Assembly (NCBI GenBank): GCA_016280895.1
Contig: JAEEHM010000036.1
Location: 1,367 to 65,366 of the forward strand
Reading direction: 5' to 3'
From: Bacillota bacterium
GTDB lineage: Bacteria > Bacillota_I > Bacilli_A > ML615J-28 > CAG-698
DNA: 64,000 nt
Shown here piece by piece: positions 10,208 to 18,315 of this stretch. Numbering within the stretch: the first letter of the stretch is position 1; every line of letters starts with the position of its first letter. Below the pieces are notes generated by a model. That model was not told the origin of the DNA. It searched no databases and worked only from the letters and a program-made list of their open reading frames with translations. Position numbers and translations under genes: made by a program.

Positions 10208-10218
10208 ATTATATCACA
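10208..10218 (-). promoter_or_regulatory. Extended -10 promoter of the lipoprotein gene
   Basis: Minus strand TGTGATATAAT. Confidence 0.6.
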
Positions 10219-10265
10219 AATTATAAAATATAAAAAGTATTTTTCGTAATTACAAAAAAAGCAGA

Positions 10266-12083
10266 TTATTCATCTGCCTTTTCTTTCTTTAAATATAATT
10301 CAGTTTGTGTCGTAAACATCTCATAATATCTACCTTTTTTAGCCATTAGTTCTTGATGTGTACCTTCTTCAGTAATTTGTCCTTTTCTTATTAGATATAT
10401 CTTATCAGCATCAACTACAGTAGATAATCTGTGCGCAATGATAATCATTGCTTTATTAGTAACATTTTGCATAATAAGTTTATTAATTCTCTCTTCTGAG
10501 AAAGGATCTAAAGCACTGGTAGGTTCATCAAGAATATACACGTTTGCGTTTGATGCGAATACACGCGCAATAACAAGCCTTTGGGTTTCACCACCAGAGA
10601 ATGTTGCACCTTCACGGTCAAATTCTCTTGTTACTTGGGTATATATACCATTTTTAAACGACATAACTTTGTCAAGTAGACCAACACTTTCTAAAGCTTT
10701 CTTAACTATCTCTTCATCTTCTTTACCATTTACTTTACGCATTAGCACATTTTCCGCAATACTTAAAGCATATATTTGGAAATCTTGATACACAATTGAA
10801 TATTGTGCTCTAATGCTTGCTTCATTGTATGTTCTTATATCCTTACCATTAATTAATATCTTACCTGTTTCCGGATTATAAAAACGAAGTAGTAGCTTAG
10901 TAAGTGTTGTTTTACCTCCACCATTATCACCAACAATAGCAATCTTATCATATTTATTCAATTTCATTGATAAATGATCAATACTATTCACATTAGTATT
11001 TGGATATTTAAAGGTAATATCTTGAATTTCTAAATTATCAAATTCTTCTAATACTTCTCCTTCGCCCTTTTCAATATTAGGCTTATATTCCGTAATCCAC
11101 ATGAAATCACTAATGTAATAAGAATGCTCTCTTAAATTTGTGTAAATACTGATAGCACGCATAAAGTTATTATATAACTTTAATGTTGCATTAATTGTAG
11201 CAGTAAATATTGAAGGACTCATACCATTCAATAATCGATATCCTAAATAGATATATGAAAGGGCATTTTGAAGAATTACATTTGAAAATATATTAATACC
11301 AGCTGGTAATAATAATTTCTTTTCTGCTGATCTATAAATATGATCAATATCATTTATTGCATCAGTATGGCGATCAATTAATAAATCACCAATTGATGTA
11401 GTTTTTATTTCAGCTGCAAATTTTTGTTGATAAAATGTTCTTCTAACATAATATTGATATCTTCTTGATCTTTCACTCTTTCGATATACCTTATACCATG
11501 TCTTATTGATTACATTTATTGCAACTAAACTAATAATAGCACTTAATAGAATTATTCCAAGTAGCCATGCATCTTTTACAAGCACATAAGCACCAAGTGC
11601 TATTGATATACTGATAGATTCCACAAAATTCACAAAAGTTGTGAATACTTGCATGCCTCTCCAAGTACTATCGCCTAAAGCACGAGAAAACTTATCATAG
11701 AACTCTGGATTATCATATGATGCCATATCGATATGCTTAACCTTATTAAATAAGAAAGTTTGCATCTTTTTACGATATACCATACGATATCTATTGCTAA
11801 TAAAACGGTCATAGATTGTTTTTACTAAATAACCTACAAGAATCACAATAACATATATAATTAGATTCTTAAATAAGATATTTATATCTTCACCTTTCAT
11901 TACTAAATCAATTGCATTAGAAATAAAATTAACCTCAGCAAGGGCAATAACAACTGATGCAACAATACTAAATATTGATGCAACAACATATACAGGACAG
12001 AATTTAAATACATATCTTAATACGTATAAATTCATTTTGATGACTGATGTTTTAACTCTTGGTCTTTCATTCATAGTCATCAC
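10266..12083 (-). CDS. ABC exporter, fused permease/ATPase (heterodimer partner B)
   Basis: Six N-terminal TM segments plus GDNGGGKTT, FSGGETQRLVIAR and ILDEPTSALD. Overlaps the upstream partner by 17 nt. The terminator hairpin spans its stop codon. Confidence 0.9.
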   Translation of the reverse strand: MMTMNERPRVKTSVIKMNLYVLRYVFKFCPVYVVASIFSIVASVVIALAEVNFISNAIDLVMKGEDINILFKNLIIYVIVILVGYLVKTIYDRFISNRYRMVYRKKMQTFLFNKVKHIDMASYDNPEFYDKFSRALGDSTWRGMQVFTTFVNFVESISISIALGAYVLVKDAWLLGIILLSAIISLVAINVINKTWYKVYRKSERSRRYQYYVRRTFYQQKFAAEIKTTSIGDLLIDRHTDAINDIDHIYRSAEKKLLLPAGINIFSNVILQNALSYIYLGYRLLNGMSPSIFTATINATLKLYNNFMRAISIYTNLREHSYYISDFMWITEYKPNIEKGEGEVLEEFDNLEIQDITFKYPNTNVNSIDHLSMKLNKYDKIAIVGDNGGGKTTLTKLLLRFYNPETGKILINGKDIRTYNEASIRAQYSIVYQDFQIYALSIAENVLMRKVNGKEDEEIVKKALESVGLLDKVMSFKNGIYTQVTREFDREGATFSGGETQRLVIARVFASNANVYILDEPTSALDPFSEERINKLIMQNVTNKAMIIIAHRLSTVVDADKIYLIRKGQITEEGTHQELMAKKGRYYEMFTTQTELYLKKEKADE

Positions 12084-13830
12084 CTATATATTTCTTAGAT
12101 TGACTCACAAACATCTTACGGTACAATCCATCTTTAGCCATAAGTTCGTCATGAGTTCCCTCTTCAATAATCTTTCCATCATCAAATAGATATATCTTAT
12201 CTGCATTTACAGTTGTTGTTAAACGATGGGAAATAAAGATAATTGTTTTATCTTTACCCATTGCAAGCATGTTTTTATATACTTCAGTTTCTGCAATTGG
12301 ATCAAGGGCGCTAGATGGTTCATCTAATATAAACAATTCATAATTTTGAGCATAACCTCTCGCAATTGCAAGTCTTTGATTTAATCCACCAGAAAATACT
12401 AGACCTTGATGGAAGAATTCTCTACTTAATTCAGTATTCAATCCATCTTCTAAACTATTAACATATTCAACCAGTCCACTAAATTTTAATGCTTCATCAA
12501 TTATTTTATAATCTTCTTCTGTTTCCGGTTTTCTAAGTAATATATTTTCCGCAATACTTACTGCATATGTTTCCACATTTTGGAAAACTGCACCAACCTT
12601 AGAACGTAAAGATTTCAAATCTAAATCTTTGTAATCCTTACCATTATATTTAACAATACCTGTTTTTGGATCATATAATCGAAGAAGTAATTTTACAAGT
12701 GTTGTTTTACCTGCACCATTAGCACCAACAATTGCGATATGTTCACCCTTTTTAATATGCAAGCTGATATCTTCTAATTGATTCTTATCACCTAAATAGC
12801 TAAATGACATATTTTCAATATCTAAAGATGTAAAACTATCAACTTTTTCTTTTCCTTTAATTCCTTCAATCACTCCATGCATTGCAAGTACATCAAAAGG
12901 AACCTTAGTATCAGGAAGCACAGATTCCACTTCACCAATTGAAGTTGCAAGTTGACTAATTAGTGTAGATATATTAGTTGCAGCAACAGTTAATGACGCA
13001 AATACAGCTAATTCAGTATTCTTATATGCTAGAAGACCAATAATAGCAGGATATAATAATATCAAAAATATTTGACCCACATATGTCCAAGCTGTAATTC
13101 TTGATGCATATTTATCATATACCTTAATAGCACTATCTAAAGATTTCTCATTATTTTCAATCAACAATTTATCAATATCGCTTGTTTTGATATCTGCCAT
13201 ACCATCTCTAATCGAAAATGCACGATTAGAATACCAACTCACTCTTTGAAAAGGTCTTTGTAGCTTATGTTGCTTCTTACTTAAAAAGCCTATTCTAATA
13301 TAGATAAGTAGATATATAAGGGCAATCACAAATGCGAAAATGATAATCATAAAATTATCCTTCGCAAGGATTGAAAATACACTTAATAAACTAAAACTCT
13401 GAACTAAAATACGAATTGTTTGAAAAGAATTGTTGGCAACCTGATAAATGTTATCAACACCTTGTTCCAAAGCCCGAGTATAATCATTTAAGAAAGCAGG
13501 GTTCTCATGAAAATCATAATCAATTTCAGCAAGTTTCTTATAGAACTCTTCAGATGTTTTACCAACAAACAGTCTTTGAATATTCATTGTGAAAAAGCCA
13601 AGGATATAATCTATAAATGCTAATACGGCAATTATACCAAATACAATCAACACATATCCTGCAATTTCTTTTATTCCTTTTCCGTCATTATAATAATTGA
13701 TGATATCTCTTACTACATAAATTGGAAGTATAGATCTTGCTATCGCAATCAATGTTGAAAATATTTGAACAAATAAATATCCTGGATATTTTTTTATTAA
13801 TAGTCCAATTGATTTAAAACAATACTTCAT
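12067..13830 (-). CDS. ABC exporter, fused permease/ATPase (heterodimer partner A)
   Basis: TM domain plus GANGAGKTT, FSGGLNQRLAIAR and ILDEPSSALD. Confidence 0.9.
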   Translation of the reverse strand: MKYCFKSIGLLIKKYPGYLFVQIFSTLIAIARSILPIYVVRDIINYYNDGKGIKEIAGYVLIVFGIIAVLAFIDYILGFFTMNIQRLFVGKTSEEFYKKLAEIDYDFHENPAFLNDYTRALEQGVDNIYQVANNSFQTIRILVQSFSLLSVFSILAKDNFMIIIFAFVIALIYLLIYIRIGFLSKKQHKLQRPFQRVSWYSNRAFSIRDGMADIKTSDIDKLLIENNEKSLDSAIKVYDKYASRITAWTYVGQIFLILLYPAIIGLLAYKNTELAVFASLTVAATNISTLISQLATSIGEVESVLPDTKVPFDVLAMHGVIEGIKGKEKVDSFTSLDIENMSFSYLGDKNQLEDISLHIKKGEHIAIVGANGAGKTTLVKLLLRLYDPKTGIVKYNGKDYKDLDLKSLRSKVGAVFQNVETYAVSIAENILLRKPETEEDYKIIDEALKFSGLVEYVNSLEDGLNTELSREFFHQGLVFSGGLNQRLAIARGYAQNYELFILDEPSSALDPIAETEVYKNMLAMGKDKTIIFISHRLTTTVNADKIYLFDDGKIIEEGTHDELMAKDGLYRKMFVSQSKKYIGDDYE

Positions 13831-13894
13831 ATTTCTGCCTCTTATTCATAATAATAACATATTTTTAATAATAAAAAAAGAGTAAAAATAATAT

Positions 13895-14089
13895 TTACTC
13901 TTTTTCTACTTTCTTTTTTACTTTCTTTTTTAAATCAACCCTCGGTAAAAGAATAATTCTTTTACAGCCCATACATTCTAATTTATAATCAATACCTGTT
14001 TTTAATACCTTCCATTCATTAGAACCACATGGATGATTCTTTTTAAATTGAAGGATATCTCCTACATCATAAATATTCGCACTATTCAT
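13895..14089 (-). CDS. DUF951 family small protein (YyzM-like)
   Basis: 64 aa. YDVGDIL.FKK.HPCGSNEWKVLKTGIDYKLEC.GC matches the conserved DUF951 pattern, which is typically origin-proximal in Firmicutes. Confidence 0.7.
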   Translation of the reverse strand: MNSANIYDVGDILQFKKNHPCGSNEWKVLKTGIDYKLECMGCKRIILLPRVDLKKKVKKKVEKE

Positions 14090-14879
14090 ATTTGTTTTCC
14101 TTATAATCTATTCTTTCAACACCAACTCTAATGTTGTATTTGTTGCAAATTTCATATATACGTTTTCTTAAAGCACGTTCTACAATATGTTTTGTTTCAT
14201 AATTAGTCTTAGCACTAACTTTGATAATAACATTTCCACCTATAAAATCTTCAATACCATTTACATTAGGCCCTTCCACAATTTGTGGATAGTCTTCTTT
14301 TAAACTACGTAGCTTTTCTTCTAATTTATTGATAAATTCTAATGTATCTCTTGTGTTTTCAATTGGAATTGTGACACTAGCACTAATTGGATTCTTAGAA
14401 TAATTAATTACTTCTTTAATTAATCCATTTGCGATTGTTTTTATTTCACCATTAGATGCTAAGATTTCTGTTCTATTGATAGAAATACTAATTACTTTAC
14501 CTTTAAAGTCGTTGATACATACATAATCATCTACTTCATACATATTAGTAAATATTGTATTCATACCAACAAAGACATCATTTAATAAGCTATGGAAGCC
14601 TAAACCAGCAATAGCAAGAATTGTGCAGAATATAACAAGACCAATAGTTGGATCCATACCCCATATAGCAATAATCACAAAGATAAATATTGCTGTAAGT
14701 AAGAATCTACAAATATTATAAATAAGTGAAAGCAAAGAAATTGCTTTATTAGACTTACCTTTCTTAGTACGATTAAATATAAATTTTAAAATAGCGAAGA
14801 TAACAATTGCGCTAACAATCGCAATTAATGTGAAAATTAAATCCTTAGCGTTGTTTTTAAACCATTCGATTATTGGCAT
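14082..14879 (-). CDS. Small-conductance mechanosensitive channel (MscS family)
   Basis: Three N-terminal TM helices followed by an MscS beta-domain pattern (DDYVCINDFKGKVISISINRTEILASNGEIKTIANG). Confidence 0.75.
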   Translation of the reverse strand: MPIIEWFKNNAKDLIFTLIAIVSAIVIFAILKFIFNRTKKGKSNKAISLLSLIYNICRFLLTAIFIFVIIAIWGMDPTIGLVIFCTILAIAGLGFHSLLNDVFVGMNTIFTNMYEVDDYVCINDFKGKVISISINRTEILASNGEIKTIANGLIKEVINYSKNPISASVTIPIENTRDTLEFINKLEEKLRSLKEDYPQIVEGPNVNGIEDFIGGNVIIKVSAKTNYETKHIVERALRKRIYEICNKYNIRVGVERIDYKENKYE

Positions 14880-14891
14880 ATTATCTCCTTT

Positions 14892-15668
14892 CTATTCTTG
14901 ATTATTAAAGATAATCTCTTTAGCAAGTTCTCGATATTCCTTTGAGCCCTTTGAATTAAACGCATATTGTAATACTGTTTGACCATGCATTGGTGCTTCT
15001 TGTAAATGTGTTGAACGATTAATGATTGTTTTAAAAGTTTTATTTGGAAACATTTCTTTTACTTCTTCAATAATCTTATAACCAAATAGATTTCTATTAT
15101 CAAGTTTAGTTAATAATACACCTTCAATTGTTAAAGACATTGAAAGTTCATTCTTATTTTTTTGAATTTGATTGATCTTATTAACCATTTGTGTTAAAGC
15201 ATCATATGCATAATATTCACATTCTACTGGAATAATTACAGAATCTGCTGCAAATAGCGCATTATCTACTAGTATTCCTAAAGTAGGTGGACAATCAATT
15301 AAAATATAATCATACACTTCTTTTAAATCTTTTATTTTATTAAATAAAATTAATTCATTATCTTTCTTATTTAATAATATCTCATATGCATCAACTAGTT
15401 TTACAGAAGATGGAATAATTTCAAATTTACTATCTAAATTACGATAGATAACATCACTTGCATTAATATCTTTTGTCATTAAATCGAAGCTTGTTGCATC
15501 AATCAATTCTCTTGATATTCCTAATCCTATTGTTGCATTAGCTTGAGGGTCTAAATCAATTACTAGAACCTTTAATTTCTTGTTCGCAAATGCAGCTGCT
15601 AAATTAATTGTGGTTGTTGTTTTACCAACACCACCTTTTTGATTAGTAATCGCAATTATCTTGCTCAT
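14892..15668 (-). CDS. soj: Chromosome partitioning ATPase ParA/Soj
   Basis: MSKIIAITNQKGGVGKTTT deviant Walker A, DLDPQANAT, IDCPP. Lies downstream of mnmG-rsmG as in the canonical cluster. Confidence 0.92.
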   Translation of the reverse strand: MSKIIAITNQKGGVGKTTTTINLAAAFANKKLKVLVIDLDPQANATIGLGISRELIDATSFDLMTKDINASDVIYRNLDSKFEIIPSSVKLVDAYEILLNKKDNELILFNKIKDLKEVYDYILIDCPPTLGILVDNALFAADSVIIPVECEYYAYDALTQMVNKINQIQKNKNELSMSLTIEGVLLTKLDNRNLFGYKIIEEVKEMFPNKTFKTIINRSTHLQEAPMHGQTVLQYAFNSKGSKEYRELAKEIIFNNQE

Positions 15669-15681
15669 ATTCCTCTCCTTA

Positions 15682-16341
15682 TTATAGTGGTTTTTTCTTT
15701 ATTTGCGCATATGGCCTTGGATAAATCTTATTTGTTTCTTTATCTTTCAAAAATTTAATTAATGAATGTCTTCCATATTCTTCTAGATCATATTCATAAA
15801 CATCTACAAGCTTCACATTAAGTGCCTTAATTGCACCATTTGCACCTTCTAACTCTTCTTTGTAATTAGATCCTTTATATCCTATAAAGTATCCATTCAC
15901 TTTTACAAGTGGAATACATAATTCAAGTAAGATACTTAAATTACTTACAGCTCTTGCAGTAACAATATCAAAATATCTATTTTTAATATTCTCAGCACGA
16001 TCATTAATTATTTCAACATTCTCTAATTTTAATAATTCAACTAAGCTTTCTAAAAACTTGCATCTTTTTAATGTTGGTTCAATGATGGTTAATTTAATAT
16101 TTGGATACATAATCTTTAAAGGAATCGATGGAAAACCTGCACCACTACCAACATCACATAAACTGATATCTTTTAAATCCATGATATTTTCTAAAGCAAG
16201 ACTGTCTAAGAAATGTTTAACATATACTTCATTTTCTAAAGTAATACTTGTTAAATTGTATTTTTCATTCTCACTTATTAGAAATTCATAATATTTCTTA
16301 AAAGCTTCATTATTATAAATATCAATTATTTTTGTTTTCAT
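15682..16341 (-). CDS. rsmG: 16S rRNA (guanine527-N7)-methyltransferase RsmG (GidB)
   Basis: DVGSGAGFPSIPLKI SAM motif. Position is after mnmG, with an overlapping stop/start. Confidence 0.92.
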   Translation of the reverse strand: MKTKIIDIYNNEAFKKYYEFLISENEKYNLTSITLENEVYVKHFLDSLALENIMDLKDISLCDVGSGAGFPSIPLKIMYPNIKLTIIEPTLKRCKFLESLVELLKLENVEIINDRAENIKNRYFDIVTARAVSNLSILLELCIPLVKVNGYFIGYKGSNYKEELEGANGAIKALNVKLVDVYEYDLEEYGRHSLIKFLKDKETNKIYPRPYAQIKKKPL

Positions 16342-18223
16342 TGCGTTTATAACTTTCTAAATATACAAGTAAGATAGAAATATCTGCTGGATTAACTCCG
16401 CTTATACGACTTGCTTGTGAAATTGTTGCTGGAAGCACCTTCTTTAATTTATCTCTTGCTTCACTTGCAATATTTGCAATCTCATCATAGTTGATATCTG
16501 CAGGTATCTTCCAATTTTCCATACTTTGCATCTTACGAGCTAAAGTATATTCCTTCTTTATATATCCTTCATATTTAATTTCTATGATTAATTCTTCTTC
16601 CTCGAACTTATCTAAATCAAATTTTAAATCAAACAAATATGAAATATCACTTAAATTAATCTCTGGACGTTTTAATAAATCATATGCAGATACTTTTTCT
16701 GATATCGCACCCTTATTATTCTTACTTAAATATTCATTTACCTCAGGTTTTGGATTAATCTTACTTTCTTTTAAGGTATTATAGATATCTTCAAACTTCT
16801 TTCTCTTAGCTAAAAATCTATTATATCTTTCATCAGATATCAGCCCAGCATAATGACCATATTTAAGAAGTCTTTCTTCGCTATTATCATGTCTTAGTAT
16901 TAATCTAAATTCAGCACGAGATGTTAACATACGATAAGGATCTCTAACACCTTTAGTAATTAAATCATCAATTAATACACCAGTATATGCTTCATCACGA
17001 CGTAATACAAGTTCTTTCATACCACGATTGTTCAAACTTGCATTGATTCCCGCGATTAAACCTTGACACGCTGCTTCTTCATAGCCACTTGTACCATTAA
17101 CTTGACCAGCAAAATATAAGCCTTCTATCTTTTTGGTTTCTAATGTATTTTTAAGCTCAAGTGGATTAATAGCATCATATTCAATTGCGTATGCATATTT
17201 TGTGATTGTACAATGTTTGAAACCTGGGAGTGAATGTACCATTAATTCCTGTACATCATGTGGCATAGATGTTGAAAAACCTTGTATATACATTTCATCA
17301 ATTCCTGTTCCTTCAGGTTCCACAAATAATTGATGGCGTGGTTTATCACTAAAACGCACAATCTTATCTTCAATTGATGGACAATATCTAGGTCCAACTC
17401 CTCTTACTAATCCAGAATACATACTACTTTTACCAAGATTCTCTTTTATTATTCTGTGAGTTTCATCAGTTGTATATGTTAAATAACATTTAACTTGCTT
17501 ATCTTTTGGTTTGATATCTTCAATTTTAGTTTCTTCGCTGAAACGATATAGTTCATCGTCGCCATATTGTTCTTCCATTACATCATAATCAATTGTGTCA
17601 ATCTTAATACGAGGAGGTGTTCCTGTTTTAAGTCTGATTAATTCTAAGCCTTCATCTCTTAAGCTTTGACTAAGAAGTGAAGTTGTAGGCTCTTGATCAG
17701 GACCAGATGGTGTTTTTGTGAACCCACATAAAATACAAGAATCTAGATATGTACCTGATGCAATAATCAATTTCTTACAATAATACTCTTCATTATCAAC
17801 TACTATTCCTTTAATATGCTTCTTAGCATTAATCTTTTCAGTTATAATTGCAGTAACATATGCTTCTTTAACCTCTAAGTTTTCTGTGTTTAAGCACAAA
17901 TCTTGCATATATTTAGGATAATATGTTTTATCAGCTTGGGCACGAAGTGCTCTAACAGCTGGTCCTTTGGAACTATTTAGCATCTTTAATTGTAGTAATG
18001 TCTTGTCAGTAGCACGTGCCATCTCGCCACCAAGTGCATCAATCTCTCTTACTATTACTCCCTTTGCGGGACCACCGATAGATGGATTGCATGGCATATT
18101 ACCAATTCTTTTAATACTACCGACAATCATTAATGTTTTTTGATTTGTGCGCGCACCGGCTAAAGCTGCTTCAATTCCGGCATGGCCTCCACCAATAACT
18201 ATAATATCATACATTTTATTCAC
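16322..18223 (-). CDS. mnmG: tRNA uridine 5-carboxymethylaminomethyl modification enzyme MnmG (GidA)
   Basis: YDIIVIGGGHAGIEAA FAD motif, GQVNGTSGYEEAA, and a C-terminal GidA-associated domain. Confidence 0.97.
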   Translation of the reverse strand: MNKMYDIIVIGGGHAGIEAALAGARTNQKTLMIVGSIKRIGNMPCNPSIGGPAKGVIVREIDALGGEMARATDKTLLQLKMLNSSKGPAVRALRAQADKTYYPKYMQDLCLNTENLEVKEAYVTAIITEKINAKKHIKGIVVDNEEYYCKKLIIASGTYLDSCILCGFTKTPSGPDQEPTTSLLSQSLRDEGLELIRLKTGTPPRIKIDTIDYDVMEEQYGDDELYRFSEETKIEDIKPKDKQVKCYLTYTTDETHRIIKENLGKSSMYSGLVRGVGPRYCPSIEDKIVRFSDKPRHQLFVEPEGTGIDEMYIQGFSTSMPHDVQELMVHSLPGFKHCTITKYAYAIEYDAINPLELKNTLETKKIEGLYFAGQVNGTSGYEEAACQGLIAGINASLNNRGMKELVLRRDEAYTGVLIDDLITKGVRDPYRMLTSRAEFRLILRHDNSEERLLKYGHYAGLISDERYNRFLAKRKKFEDIYNTLKESKINPKPEVNEYLSKNNKGAISEKVSAYDLLKRPEINLSDISYLFDLKFDLDKFEEEELIIEIKYEGYIKKEYTLARKMQSMENWKIPADINYDEIANIASEARDKLKKVLPATISQASRISGVNPADISILLVYLESYKRNENKNN

Positions 18224-18315
18224 CTTATTTCACTTGTTTATTTTATCACATTTACTCAATTTCTTCAATATTATTTTAACACAAAGTAAAAAGAGCGAAT
18301 AATATCGCTCTTTCT

